A stretch of DNA of 64,000 nt from an uncultured Chthonomonadaceae bacterium (GCA_963817895.1 CAWFQB010000001.1:32001-96000), one strand, 5' to 3'; positions 29,141-41,627 are shown, counted from the stretch's first letter. Translations and numbers: made by a program. Notes: a model not told the origin generated them from the letters alone.

Positions 29141-29637
29141 GCCGTTGGCAGTTGATAGTTCGTAGTTGATAGAGATACAGGAACTATGAATGGCTTCGTA
29201 TCCATTCTTCTGGCGTAAGCAGGGAAAGAGCTTTCGGCTCTTTCCCGATTACACGCCTTTCTGTTTGTGGACCTTTGTTGACCTTCCCGATTTCTGCTGT
29301 GGCGCGTGTGGCGCGCGCCTCCTCACGGTTCTTCCTCTTCTCCCTGCAACCCTGCTGTTACCGGGCGGAGGACAACCGGCCTGCTTTTAAGGTTCCCGCT
29401 TGCAATGCAATTCCGGTTGCGGCAAAATTAGGGGCATCGGCGCGATTCAAGCGAACGATATGCCATTTTGGGCGCGTCTCTGAATTATGCGCTTGTTCGC
29501 TACATCCTTCGTTATTACTCACGAACGCCCCGAAGCACTGTTCAGACGACAGGTAGCCGAAGCACAGATTCCAAAGAACTATCCATGCAACAAGAAGCGC
29601 TCCCCGCCTAATCGGGAGAGCGTCAAGGGAGACTGGT

Positions 29638-31484
29638 ATGAGCTTGCAACGTTCCGGGGGGCGCAAGCGCCGCCTGGCGACAACCGCTGTGGCAGGCGCG
29701 TCGCTGTTAATGGTCACGGGCCTGACTGCGCGCGCGCAGCAGGGCGCTTTGCCCGCAGAGGACTCCGGCGCGCAGGAAGCGCAGCTGAAGAATGTAGACC
29801 TGGTGGATACTCGCCTCTGCCTCGGCTTTGCGCCTGGTGGCGCAGCAAACTCACGTCGAGTACGTGTTGCTGCCGGGCAACTATCGCCGCATACAGGTTT
29901 CCATTTCGCGCAAACCCGTATCCGAAGCGTTGAAAATCATCGCGCAGTCGGCAGGCGCGGAACTCTGGCAGGATGCCGGCGTGTTCTTCATCGGCCCGGT
30001 TGGCAGCGCGCCGCATCCGGCCGCGCCCCCGGTTCTTGCCGCCACGCAGGACATACAGGCTCCACCCTCACAGCGCGTCCTCAAGTATGAGAAGTTCTTC
30101 CTCAAATACACGCCGCCCAAGCGTATGCTGCGCATGCTGGGACTGGCCGGCCTCGGACCTGAATGATCCCGATGAGCAATTCGAGATCGCCAACAACCGC
30201 CAGTTTATTGAAGGCATGTATCCGCGCCCCTATTTCAGCGGAAACGGCAGCGGCGGCGGCCTCACCGTGCTGCCGTATGGCGCAGGTCCGGTAAGCGCGC
30301 CCCTTCCCAATGCCGGTCCGCAGGTCGGTCCAGGCGCGCCCAATCGCGCGGCGGAGATTCCGCACCAGCCGGTGCAGCCCAACAGTGTCGGCGCTCCCGC
30401 CGCTCCTTCCGTGGACAACGGCGCGAACGGCGACCAGAGCGCGCGCCGCGATACCCGGAACTTCAGCGAATTCGGCAGAGGACAGGGCGCAGCCGGCGGT
30501 CTTCAGCCACCCGGTGGCGCAGGCCAGAACGGCGCGCCCGCAGGTCAGGGCGCGGCGCAGGGGTTTCTTCAGGGTATCTCTGCACAGGACATTTTTGCTC
30601 TGGACGCGGACAACTCCCTCGTTTTGCGCTACGACGATCCGATCCAGATTCAGAACTTGCAGCAGGTGCTTCAAGTGCTGGATGTGAAGCCGCGCCAGAT
30701 TCAGATCAAAGCGGAATTCGTCACGGTCACGCAGAACGATGTCAATTCCTTCGGCCTGAACTTCAACTTTACCAAAGTGAACCTGCTGGCGGGCGCGAAC
30801 ATCGGCTACCAGACGGCCAATACCGCCTTTCTCCAGTACGCGACGGGAAACCTGCAAACGCAGCTCAGTTTCATTATCACGCAGGGACGCGGTAAGGTGG
30901 TTGCATCGCCTCTCGCGACGACGCTTGAACGGCGTGGCTGCGAACTTCACGAGTACACAGCTAATCCCGGTTATTACCTCGAGCGCTATGCTGACGAACA
31001 ACGGCCAAAGCGCCGTTACGACAACTATCACCCCGGTTCCCGTCTCAGTGCAGTTGAACGTAATTCCGCGCATCAATGGAGACGACTCCATCACTCTGAC
31101 CGGCCTGGTCATTTTCAGCGACGTCACCGGAACGATCACCAACCCGTCCGGTGGTTCGATCCCGATTACTATTACGCAGCCAGTAACGATCACGCGCATC
31201 GTTCGCAACGGCGACTCGATGGTTATCGCCGGCCTGACCCGCAAGCGCGACAACGTTTCCACCAACAAGGTTCCCCTCCTGGGCGACCTGCCCCTGATCG
31301 GAACGCTGTTCCGCTCCCGCAACGTCACCACAGACGACTCGGAACTGGTTGTCTTCATCACGCCCACCATCATCCCAGAGCGTCCGAGCGGCGGCCCCTC
31401 CGGTTCGGGCGTCGGCAGCGGCCTGAACGCTCCCGGCGCGTGGCGGCGGTGGCGGCGGCCTGCCGACAGTGGGCGGCGCGTTGA
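29638..31484 (+). CDS. pilQ: Secretin (PilQ/GspD family), several frameshifts
   Basis: LDVKPRQIQIKAEFV, V.PRINGD, KVPLLGDLPLIGTLFRS and ELVVFITPTII motifs. Confidence 0.85.
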
Positions 31485-31490
31485 TGCCGT

Positions 31491-31713
31491 AAGGGTTAGG
31501 GTTTCAGGGTTTTAAGGTTCTATGGTTTCAGGGTGTCAGGCTGTTTGATGATGTGATGAAGCCATAAATCTTTGCAACCGCGCTCAACAGCCGCAGGAGG
31601 GAAATCCTTCTGCGGCTGTTGCTGTTCAATCGGTCAAGTGTTCAGGTATCATATTTATCTGTAACACCCAAAACCATAAAAACCTAAAACCTTAGAACCC
31701 TAACAACCTGAAA
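31491..31713. repeat. Inverted degenerate arrays (AGGGTTT.. / ..AAACCCT) around a terminator
   Basis: Left 31491-31541, right 31663-31713. Confidence 0.6.
31585..31621 (+). terminator. Hairpin terminator after the secretin gene
   Basis: CAACAGCCGCAG..CTGCGGCTGTTG stem. Confidence 0.7.
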
Positions 31714-31723
31714 GGATAATTCT

Positions 31724-32909
31724 TTGTTCCGCTTTTTAACGGCCGGGGAGTCGCACGGGCCGGCGCTGTCGGCGATTATTGAGGGACTGCCCGCAAATTT
31801 GCCTTTGGACTTTGACGAGATCAACCGGCATCTCAAACGGCGGCAGGGCGGCTACGGGCGCGGAGCGCGGCAGCAGATCGAAACCGATACGGTTGAGATC
31901 ACGTCGGGCGTCCGGTTTGGGCGAACGATGGGCGGGCCGATTACGCTGAACGTGCGTAATCGCGACCACGAGCAGAACTGGCAGGATCGCATGTCGGTCA
32001 AGCCGGTTGACAATCCCACCCCGCCCATAACGCAGCCCCGCCCCGGACACGCCGATTTTGCCGGGATGCTGAAATACCATTACGACGATTTGCGTCCGAT
32101 TCTGGAGCGTTCCAGCGCGCGCAATACCGTTGCGCTTGTCGCCGTGGGAGCCATTTGCCGCCAACTTCTCGCGCATATACACATCGAAATCGTCAGCCAT
32201 GTCACGGTGATCGGCGGCGTTCACGCGCATTTTGACCCCGGCGCGTCTTACCATAACATTGCCGCCCGCGCTGAAACGTCACCCGTTCGCTGCGGCGATC
32301 CCGGATGCGGAAGCGCGGATGATCGCGGCCATTGATACGTGTATGCAGGAGGGGACGCGGGACACGCTTGGCGGCGTCTTTGAAGTTGTGGCGATGGGCT
32401 GTCTGCCGGGATTGGGCAGTTTCGTGCATTGGGATCGCAAGCTGGACGCGCGGATCGCCTGCGCCATGATGAGCATACAGGCGATGAAGGGCGTGGAAAT
32501 CGGCATGGGTTTTGGGGTCGGGGAAATCCCCGGTTCGCAAATCCATGATCCGATTTATTACGATGAGGCGCAGGGTTTTACGCGGGGAACCAACAGCGCG
32601 GGCGGTATCGAGGGCGGCATGACGAACGGTGAGCCGGTTGTGGTTCGCGTCGCCATGAAGCCGCTTTCCACGCTGCCCACGCCCCTCGCTTCCGTAGACA
32701 TGAAAACGCGGGAGGCCGTGAAAGCGCATTTCGAGCGTTCCGATGTGTGCGCCGTACCCGCAGCGGCCACGATTGGCGAAGCGATGATGGCAATCGTGCT
32801 GACGGAAGCCGCGCTGGAAAAATTCGGCGGCGACAGCCTGGAAGAGTGGACCCGCAACGTTCGCGCCTATCGCGCCGATATTGAGGAACGAGGGTTTCGC
32901 AAAGGATGA
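31724..32909 (+). CDS. aroC: Chorismate synthase (frameshift ~32300)
   Basis: TAGESHG, RPGHAD, ERSSAR, GGIEGGMTNG and ERSDV motifs. Confidence 0.95.
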
Positions 32910-32993
32910 AGGATGAAGGATGAAGGAGATACGAGATACGAGATACGAGATACGAGAAGAGGATTTAGCCTTCATCCTTCATCCTTCATCCTT
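32902..32993. repeat. Perfect 25-bp inverted (GGATGAA)3 array enclosing (GATACGA)4
   Basis: 32902-32926 is the reverse complement of 32969-32993. Confidence 0.85.
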
Positions 32994-33515
32994 AAACCTT
33001 GTCCTCACCGGCTTCATGGGTACGGGCAAATCCACGTTGGGCAAATTGTGCGCGGCGCAATTGGGGTTTACATTTTGTGACAGCGATCAGGTGATTGAGG
33101 CGCAGGCGGGCTGCCCGGTTGCGGAACTGTTTCGGAGCGCAGGGTGAGGCGCGGTTTCGGGAATGGGAGCGAGAGGTTATCAGCGATCTGGCCGCAACGC
33201 CCCATCTGGTGATTGCGACGGGCGGCGGCGCAGTTCTGGACGCGATGAATGTCCAGACATTTGCGCGCAACGGGGCTGGTGGTGCTGCTGACCGCGTCGC
33301 CGGATGTGATTTTGCGGCGTGTGGGCGGGCGGCGTTCGCGTCCCCTGCTGGCAAACGCGCCCGATCCCCGCGCCCGCATTGTGGAGATGTTGGCGCAGCG
33401 GATAGCCGCGTATCGGCAGGCCGCGCATTGTCAGGTGGAAACTGGAACCCGCCCCGCCGCGCGAAATCGCCGAACACATCGTGATGCTGTACGAACTGGC
33501 AAAACAGTAGGATGA
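32920..33515 (+). CDS. aroK: Shikimate kinase (frameshifted)
   Basis: LTGFMGTGKST, GEARFR..E, ATGGG and RPLL motifs. Confidence 0.9.
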
Positions 33516-33541
33516 TTGCAGTAGGATGATTGGAGCAGTGT

Positions 33542-34636
33542 ATGGCGCAGGTTATTCCGGTTCCGTTGGGGGATCGGAGTTATAATATTCATATCGAGGC
33601 GGGGATGATTGCGGGTGGGCAAGCCGGAAATCTGCTGGCGGAGATTTTGCCCGGTCGGCGCGCGTGTCTGGTGACGCATCCCAAACTGGAAGCGCGATAC
33701 GCCGCGCCGATTGCGCAGGGCTTGGAAGCGCGGGGGATTGGAAGCGCGATTGTCACCGTTCCTCCCGGCGAACGCGGTAAAAATCTGGCGACCGTCGCGC
33801 GTTTGTACCGCGCGTTCGCTCAATCAAAACTGGATCGCAAAAGCGTGGTTGTGGCGGTGGGCGGGGGGGTATTGGGCGATATGGCCGGTTTCGCCGCCGC
33901 CTCCTATTTGCGCGGTATCGGCTTTGCGCAGGTTCCCACAACCCTGCTGGCGCAGGTGGATGCGAGCGTGGGCGGCAAAACCGGCGTGGATTTGCCCGAA
34001 GGCAAAAATCTGGTGGGCGCGTTCCATCAGCCGCTGGCCGTGCTGATTGACCCGGATACCCTGCTGACCCTGCCCCGTCGCGAACTGCGGGCCGGTTTGG
34101 CCGAGGTAATCAAGTATGGTATAATTTACGATGAGAGGTTTTTCCATCGTATTGGCGCGGATGTAAAACTGCTGTTGAGCGGGGATGCGGTTGCGCTTTC
34201 TCATGCCATTGCGCGTTCGTGCGAGATCAAGGCGGAAGTGGTTGCGCAGGACGAGACGGAGCAGGGATTGCGCGCCATTCTCAACTTCGGGCATACGGTT
34301 GGACATGCGCTGGAAGCCGTCACCCATTATCGGCGCTACAAACATGGCGAGGCGGTTGCTATCGGCATGGTATCCGCGTGTCTTGTGGGCGAGGAACTGA
34401 ACCTGACGCCGCCCGAAGTGACGCGCCAATTGGAAGCCGCGCTCAAGGCTGCCGGACTGCCGACAGCGTTTCCCGCTGATGTGGACGCGGACGCGATTCT
34501 GGAAGCGGCGCAACGCGACAAGAAAACGCTGGACGGCAAATTGCGCTTTGTGCTGGCGACGCAATTGGGAACCGTGCAGGTGGTAAACGACGTACCTGCA
34601 AATGCGATACGCGCCGCGCTTGCCCGACAGTCTTAG
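33542..34636 (+). CDS. aroB: 3-dehydroquinate synthase
   Basis: GGGVLGD, PTTLLAQVDASVGGKTG, LNFGHTVGHALE and HGEAV motifs. Confidence 0.97.
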   Translation: MAQVIPVPLGDRSYNIHIEAGMIAGGQAGNLLAEILPGRRACLVTHPKLEARYAAPIAQGLEARGIGSAIVTVPPGERGKNLATVARLYRAFAQSKLDRKSVVVAVGGGVLGDMAGFAAASYLRGIGFAQVPTTLLAQVDASVGGKTGVDLPEGKNLVGAFHQPLAVLIDPDTLLTLPRRELRAGLAEVIKYGIIYDERFFHRIGADVKLLLSGDAVALSHAIARSCEIKAEVVAQDETEQGLRAILNFGHTVGHALEAVTHYRRYKHGEAVAIGMVSACLVGEELNLTPPEVTRQLEAALKAAGLPTAFPADVDADAILEAAQRDKKTLDGKLRFVLATQLGTVQVVNDVPANAIRAALARQS

Positions 34637-34637
34637 A

Positions 34638-34672
34638 TCGGTATTCAGGTGTTCGGTGTTCAGGTGTTCGGG
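34638..34672 (+). repeat. Solo (GGTGTTC)n array
   Basis: Same unit as 57430-57460. Confidence 0.75.
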
Positions 34673-34747
34673 CATTTCAAACACGGAAGGTTTTACCATA
34701 ATCAGTTTAACGCCTGAATTTGCCGCGAAGAGGACGCGCCCGATGTT

Positions 34748-35029
34748 TTGCCTGCGCCCGTCAATACGCTGCTGGCAACGCTGTGGGTAGCATTGTTCGG
34801 CGGGCGCTGGCTGCTTGTGCCGATGCTGCAAATGGTGGGGCTGCTGTCACCCGATCAGACTGCCGATTGGGATGAGGGCATTTTAGCCAAACTGTATCTG
34901 ATTTTACTGTCTATCACCTGTGTTGTGTTGGCCTTACGCGCTGTTCGGCGTTGCAAAGTGGCAACGCTGCGCCTGCGCCGAAGAGAGACGAAACAACGTG
35001 ATCAATCAACTCGTGAGTCAGCGCTATGA
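34748..35029 (+). CDS. Small membrane protein (2 TM), ends uncertain
   Basis: Two hydrophobic segments; overlaps the kinase start. Confidence 0.45.
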   Translation: MPAPVNTLLATLWVALFGGRWLLVPMLQMVGLLSPDQTADWDEGILAKLYLILLSITCVVLALRAVRRCKVATLRLRRRETKQRDQSTRESAL

Positions 35030-37007
35030 AGTGCTGGAAAAAATCGGCGAAGGGCCGCTGTTCACCGTGTACAAAGCGCGGGACAAGCATCAGAATCGCG
35101 TGGTGGCCCTGAAAGCCGTTGCGGGCGCGTTTGTTCGGGACAGCGCGCTTGCTGGAGGGCTTGCAGCGCGGCTTGAGGCCAGCGCCAACCTGAACCAGCC
35201 GAACATCACGCAATTTTACGAGTGGGGGCAGGAGAACGACGCGGCTTATGCGGCTGTCGAGTTTGTGCGCGGCATCAATCTGCGCGAACGCATCCGCCGC
35301 ATCGCGCCGTTCACGCTTTCCGTTGCCGTAGATGTGGGCGTCGCCATCAGCGAGGCGCTGCAATACGCGCACAGTCAGGGACAAACGCACGGCGACCTGC
35401 GCCCGCATAACATGATTGTCACCCCGGAGGGAGCCGTCAAGGTTACGGACTTCGGCGTGATGGCTGGCGTGGCGCAATCTCCCCGCGCTCAGGCCGATGT
35501 GCTGGCGCGTTCCGCGCCCTATCGCGCCCCGGAACTCACGCCTTCGCAGGCGGGCAGCGTGGCGGGCGACATTTACGCGCTCGGCGCGATTTTCTATGAG
35601 ATGCTGACCGGCGCGACCTTGTACGCGGGCGATTCGCTGGACGCCATTGCTGACCAACACGCCTATTCTCCCATTCCCCTGCCCCGCGTTATCAATCCCG
35701 GCGTTCCCCGCTCTGTGGAGGGCATCATTGTCAAGTGCCTGCAAAAGCGCCCCGAAGCTCGCTACCGCACCGCGAACGAAGTTCTCAGCGATCTGAAATC
35801 CGTCCACGACGCGCTGCGCTTCGGCAAGCCCCTGTCGTGGTCTCCGGTAGACGCGGACAAACTCGCCAATGACGTGCCGGTACGGAGGGGACAGGAGGAA
35901 GAAGGGAAAAGGGAAAAGGGAAAAGGGAAAAGCGCAGGGGAGCAATTAATTGCGCCCTCCTCCAATACGCCCGGTGAGCAACCCTCAACCCGCCCATTCT
36001 CCCCAACGGGAAGGACACAACTCTCAACCAATACAGCCTATGCCTTCCAACAACCGTTTGCGCCGGGATGATGAGCGCGTTTCCGTCGTGCTGAAAATCG
36101 CTATCGGCATGGTCACGGGCGTTATCATCGCCTGTCTGATCGCCATTGCCGGCATTTATGCCGAGAAGTGGATTGAGCCGGAACCCGTTATTGTGCCGAA
36201 AATGGTCGGCAAGGCCGTTGATGAGGTTCGGGCGTTCGCGCAGCAGAAGAAACTGCATTTGATTGAACACGCCGGTCTACACTTCGCAGCCGCGCGGAAT
36301 TGTCTTTAAAACGGATGAGGTCTTGGGGCAGAAACTGAAGCAGGGACAGGACTTCAACATCTGGTACAGCAAGGGGCTGACGTATGTGCCGGTTCCCAAC
36401 GTGGTCGGCCTGCCCCGCGACGAAGCGGAACAGAAGATTAAGGATGCGGGGCTGACGGTCGGCAAGGTGACGCCGGAATACAGCGACAAAGTTGCCGTCA
36501 ACAGCATCATTTCCCAAAACGTTTCTTACAAGAAAACCATTCTGCACGATATGCCTATCGGCCTGGTCGTCAGCGATGGCCCGAAACCCGATTACGGCAC
36601 GGACCCCAACCCGGACAGCGGCAATGCGAATCCGCCCCCGCAGCCGGAAGGCGTTCCCACCAACGGCAACGAAAATACCGACTCGACCGCAACGCCCTAT
36701 CAGGAGCCGCACGCCGAACCCGGTGGACGATCCGGGCAACAGCGAGTCGCACGAGTTCAAGCGCAAAATACAGGTGCAAAAAGATGGCTTGGGCAAGCGC
36801 AAGGTAAAAGTAGAATTCGTAGACGCGAACGGCCTGAGCGTAACGCCGGTCACGGATGCAGTGTACGGCGAGGATGACAGCATTCACCTGAACTTCACGT
36901 ATTTCGGCAAGAAAATCACCCTGCGCGTGTACTACAACGATCAATTGAGCTTTACGCAAAACTTTCAATCCCGCTACGGAGAAGGACGGCATGAGGTAGG
37001 TTGCTAA
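34998..37007 (+). CDS. PknB/Stk1-like Ser/Thr kinase with TM and PASTA domains (frameshifted)
   Basis: VALK, HGDLRPHN, DFG, APE, DIYALG; TM; VPKMVG and VPNVVG PASTA starts. Confidence 0.88.
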
Positions 37008-37075
37008 GTTGTTAGGTTGTTAGGTTGTTAGGTATGAGTCTTGTTCTCATATCTTGTATCTTGTATCTCGTATCT
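36997..37075 (+). repeat. (TAGGTTGT)n and (TCTTGTA)n arrays between the kinase and rpe
   Basis: Directly visible tandem units. Confidence 0.75.
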
Positions 37076-37083
37076 GGAACAAC

Positions 37084-37760
37084 ATGAGCCACGCAAACAG
37101 CATTGTAATCGCGCCGTCTATTTTGTCGGCGGACTTTGGGAATCTGGCGCAGGCGGCGCGGGATGTGGAAGCGGCGGGAGCCGAGTATCTGCACATTGAC
37201 GTGATGGACGGCATGTTCGTGCCAAACATCACGATTGGCGTTCCCGTCGTCAAAGGATTGCGCCCCGCGTCGCAGGCGTTTTTCGACGCGCATCTGATGA
37301 TCGTACAGCCGGAGCGGTACGTGGAAGCGTTCGCGCAGGCGGGCGCGAACGGCATCACGGTTCATGCGGAAGCCTGTACGCACTTGCAGCGGACGCTGGC
37401 GCTGATACGAGACGCGGGCGCGAAAGCGGGCGTCGCCCTGAACCCCGCCACGCCGCCCGACGTACTGGAATATGTCTTGGATGATCTGGATTTGATTCTG
37501 GTAATGACGGTCAATCCCGGCTTTGGCGGCCAGAAGTTTCTGCCCTGCCATGCTGCCCAAAATACAGCGCGTGAAGGAGATGATTGCCCGCGCTGTCCCA
37601 TCCCATTCATCTGGAAGTGGATGGCGGCATTACGCCCCAAACCGCGCCGCTCGTTGTAGGGGCGGGCGCAACCGCGCTGGTTGCAGGCACGGCCATTTAC
37701 GGACACGCGGGCGGACTGGAACCGGCGATACGGGAGTTGCGGACAGCGGCAGGAGGGTAA
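37084..37760 (+). CDS. rpe: Ribulose-phosphate 3-epimerase (frameshifts near the 3' end)
   Basis: APSILSADF, HIDVMDG.FVPN and MTVNPGFGGQ motifs. Confidence 0.95.
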
Positions 37761-37764
37761 CAGA

Positions 37765-38265
37765 ATGAATGATACGCCTACAGTATATCAATCGCTGATT
37801 TCAGCCAAATCGCGGCGGCTGCGCGCGTATCGCTTCTGTTTTGCTGGCAATGGTTCTTGCCATGACGCTGTATGGCTACTATCAGCCTGATGCCCTCGCT
37901 GCGAGTTGCCGCCGCCCGCATGGAGCAGGACAATAAGCGTCCGGCGACAACCGCTTCCAGCACCACAAATCACGCCACTGCCCGCGCAGGATACGGTAGC
38001 GCGAATGTCGCAGCGAGAACGGGACGCGCAGGCCGCCAAACTGGTCTTCGCGTATGCCTACTGGGGCGTGTGCCTGTCCCTGCTCGTTGCCCTGATGCTG
38101 GTCGCGTGGCTGGACTTCCGCGAAGTGGGCCGCAGTTTCGATCAACAGCAGGCGGCCATCTTCGCCGGCTTCGCTGAAAAACGAAACCACGCCAAACCGA
38201 TTAAACCACGGGGAACACGGGGTGAGGAGAGGGGAACAACAATACAGTGGTGGCAGGAAACATAG
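37765..38265 (+). CDS. Hypothetical membrane protein (frameshifted)
   Basis: SD GGAGG; TM segments ending in AWLDFRE. Confidence 0.5.
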
Positions 38266-38321
38266 ATGTGTTTTCTACTTTGGTTCGTATTCTCCGTGTC
38301 CCCCGTGTTCCCCGTGGTTTA
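38202..38321. mobile_element. Empty element with inverted 9-mer array ends (AACCACGGGGAACACGGGG)
   Basis: Perfect 21-bp inverted repeat; same family as 47825-48017. Confidence 0.6.
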
Positions 38322-38350
38322 TATCTCCTCGGTAGCAGGTGGGTGAAGTG

Positions 38351-39507
38351 GTGAATGAGGATGCGCGTTGGATGCGCCGCGCGCTGAAGTTGGCGCAGAA
38401 TAGTTTTGCCACGCCGAACCCGATGGTGGGCTGTGTGCTGGTACGCGATGGCGTGATTGTCGGGGAAGGCTGGACGCAGCCGGTTGGGCAGGCCCATGCG
38501 GAAGCGATGGCGTTGCGCGACGCAGGGGAACATGCGAAGGGCGCGACCGCGTATGTAACGCTGGAGCCGTGCTGCCACTGGGGGCGAACGCCGCCGTGCA
38601 GCGACGCGCTGATTGCGGCGGGCGTGGCGCACGTGGTGGCGGCAACAGTGGACAGCAACCCGCAGCGTGGGCGGGCAGGGGATTGCGCAATTGCAGGGCG
38701 GCAGGCATAGAGGTGACGGTCGGGCGTTTTGGAACAGGAGGCGCGGGCGTTCAACGAGGCGTTCTTCCATTTTCAGGCAACCCAAACGCCGTTTGTCACG
38801 CTGAAAACCGCCATGACGCTGGACGGCAAAATCGCCACGCGCACCGGACAGTTCACAATGGATTACGGGCGCAATTGCCAGGCAGTATGTGCATAAACTG
38901 CGCGCGCAGGCGGGCGCGGTTATGGTGGGCATTGGAACGCTGCTTGGCCGATGACGCGCAATTAACGGCGCGTTTGCCCAATGTGGCACTTCCGCGCCAG
39001 CCCGATGCGTATTATCGTGGACAGCCGGTTACGGACGCCGCCGGATTGCCGCGCGGTTCGCGCCATTCAGCCGCGATACAAGCGCGATGGAGCAAAATGA
39101 ATGCGGCAGCGAATGTTCCCGCGCCCCTGCTGATTGCCACAACGGAGCAGGCGGACAGCGAACGCGCAGAGATTTTGCGGCAGGCGGGCGCGGAAGTGGT
39201 TCGGTTGCCTGCAGCGGAAAGTGGGCGCGTGGATTTGACGGCCCTGATGAAGGTTCTGGCGTCCCGGCAAATCAGCAGCGTTCTGGTCGAGGGCGGCGGC
39301 GAACTGAACGCGGCGTTGCTTGCGGATGGTCTGGCGCATAAGATGCTGTGCTTTGTGGCTCCGAAACTGATCGGCGGGCGCGACGCTCCGACACCGATTG
39401 AGGGCGCGGGCATTGCGCAAATGTCGGACGCCATTTTGCTGGACAAATTGACGGTGCGGCGGTTCGGCGCGGATATTGCCTTGGAAGGACGCATACAGTC
39501 GCCGTAA
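38351..39507 (+). CDS. ribD: Riboflavin biosynthesis deaminase/reductase (frameshifted)
   Basis: PNPMVG, HAE, TLEPCCHWGRTPPC and VLVEGGG motifs. Confidence 0.93.
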
Positions 39508-39514
39508 AAGAATT

Positions 39515-39545
39515 AGCCGCGAATGAACGCGAATAAACGCGAATC
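39515..39545 (+). repeat. Solo 9-mer array (CGCGAATGAA/CGCGAATAAA)
   Basis: Same family at 62983-63014. Confidence 0.7.
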
Positions 39546-39589
39546 AGCGTCGTTTATCCTTGACACCTAGAGTGTGATAGAGAACGCTT

Positions 39590-40219
39590 ATGTTTACAGG
39601 ATTGGTTGAAGAAACAGGAACGGTTGTTGCGATTGAACTGGCGGAACGCTCGGCGCGGCTGACCGTGCAGGCTCCGCTCACGCATCAGGACGCGCATTTG
39701 GGCGACAGCATCGCCGTCAATGGCTGCTGCCTGACCGTTGTGGCGCAGCAGGACGACCGGCTGACGTTCGACGCCGTGCCGGAAACGCTCGACCGCACAA
39801 ATTTAGGCGCGCTTAATGTCCGGTTCGCGGGTGTAATCTTGAGCGGCCGCTTGCTGTTGGGGCGCGATTGGGCGGGCATTTTGTGCAGGGGCATATAGAC
39901 GGCGTGGGCATTGTGCGCGCGCTGACGCCCGAAGAAAACGCGGTTGTCATGGAAATCGAAATGCCTGCTGCGCCTGCGCCGCTACTTTGTGGAAAAAGGT
40001 TCCGTGACCGTAGATGGCGTCAGCCTGACGGTTGCCGAAGTGCGACCGGAAACCTTTACCGTCTGGACAATTCCCCACACTCGCGAAATCACCACGCTGG
40101 GCGAGCGCAAGCCGGGAGATCGCGTGAACCTGGAATGTGATTTGCTCGGCAAGTATATGGAGCGTTTGCTGTCGGAACGCCTGGAAGCTGTGTCTTCTAC
40201 GTTAAAATTTTGCTCATGA
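39590..40219 (+). CDS. ribE: Riboflavin synthase alpha chain (frameshifted)
   Basis: MFTGLVEE, SIAVNGCCLTV, GGHFVQGHID and VNLECD motifs. Confidence 0.95.
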
Positions 40220-40330
40220 CGAAACCAAAACGAATTTCTCACTCTGTTACGCGAAGGTTTCCGCGCGGCCGCCCCCGTGCTGTTTCGTGTTTCCCCATAC
40301 TTCCCGTCTCGACTGCGCCGCCGTTCTCGC

Positions 40331-41627
40331 ATGAGGTACGGCGTGACGTCGCGTCGCCTTGCCTGCCTGCCGCCTTGCGCTTGCGGGCAGCCTTATCGTC
40401 GACCGCGCTGCGCCGGGCGTGCGGGCGCAATCCGCGCCCCATCGACAGGCAGGGAAAACGGCGCAAAATCCCTGCCGATGCAGGCTGCGCCTGTCGCCTG
40501 CGCCAGACAATCGGTCCGGCTTCCAGACTGCCGCTGCCGATTGTGCGCGTGACGCTTTCCCGGCCCGTTTACGACATTGCCATTGATCCCAAAACCGGCG
40601 CTCCGCAGATGCCGCGCGATGTGACCGCCATTGCGCAAATCGCTGAACTGGCCTGCCGACACGCCCCTGCCCAATCCTTTACCTGGCATGTCGCGCTGGA
40701 CTGGGATTATAAGCCGTTTCCCACGCATCACGACATCAGCAAAGCCACTTTCGTTCATGCCAGCCCCTTTACGGTTGACTTCGGCAAGCAGATACGCGGC
40801 GGCAAACTGACCGTAACGGCGAAAGCCACGGTAAACGGGCGCGAAATCAGCGGGCAGGCAACGGCCATTGTGCGGGGCGTAAACCCCTCGCAGTACGGCC
40901 ATTTTGAAGGCGTTTCCGCGTACCCGCTTCGGCCTGATCGCGTCCAAAGTGGCGATGGCGGAAAGCAGTATGTGCCAGTTTACCCCCCCTGGCAAAAACG
41001 ATCCGGGCGGCATGCCCAACATGTCGCGCACCAACGATCTGGGCATCATGCAGCTTAACGCGCCCACAGGAAGCGTCACCAGCGCGGATCAAATCTGGGA
41101 CTGGCGCGAAAATGTGCGGCGGGGCATGGACGAACTGACGGGCAAGCAGCGGACGGCGCTGCAAGCGTCGCGTAACGCGCTCGAATCCGACCGACTGCCC
41201 GATCAAACCGCCATTTCCCTGAGCCTGCTGAACTTTTGTCGCGGGTTCATGGGGCTTGCGCCCGCGAAACTGCCCCCTCCCGCGCCGCTCTCCCCGCTTC
41301 CCGGCACGGGGGTTCTGCCCGACGACCCGGATGTGGACCATCTGAAGTCTGAGCCAGTTGGAGCGCGAGGCTATCCGCCGCTACAATGGCGGGCGGGAAT
41401 ACATGTTCGCGTTTCTTCCCGGCGCGGTTTTGCCGGAAATCAGTTGGGCCGGCTGGCAGGTAGACCCCACGCGGGGCGGCATCAGTTCCCGTTCGGGCGA
41501 TCTGGATTACGTCCGGCACGTCCTGCGCGCCCACAGCGGCCTGACCCTGCCCCCGCCGCCCAAACCGCAAACCAAACACGACGGCAAACACTCTTCACAT
41601 CATAAATCGCGCCGTCGGCATAAGTAA
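40331..41627 (+). CDS. Secreted protein with lytic transglycosylase/lysozyme-like domain (frameshifted)
   Basis: AMAESS, GIMQL, W..N...G and AIRRYNGG resemble SLT motifs I-III. Confidence 0.55.

Noticed and set aside
38270..38350. FMN riboswitch upstream of ribD/ribE
   Set aside because: No RFN consensus is visible; the space is occupied by a repeat element.
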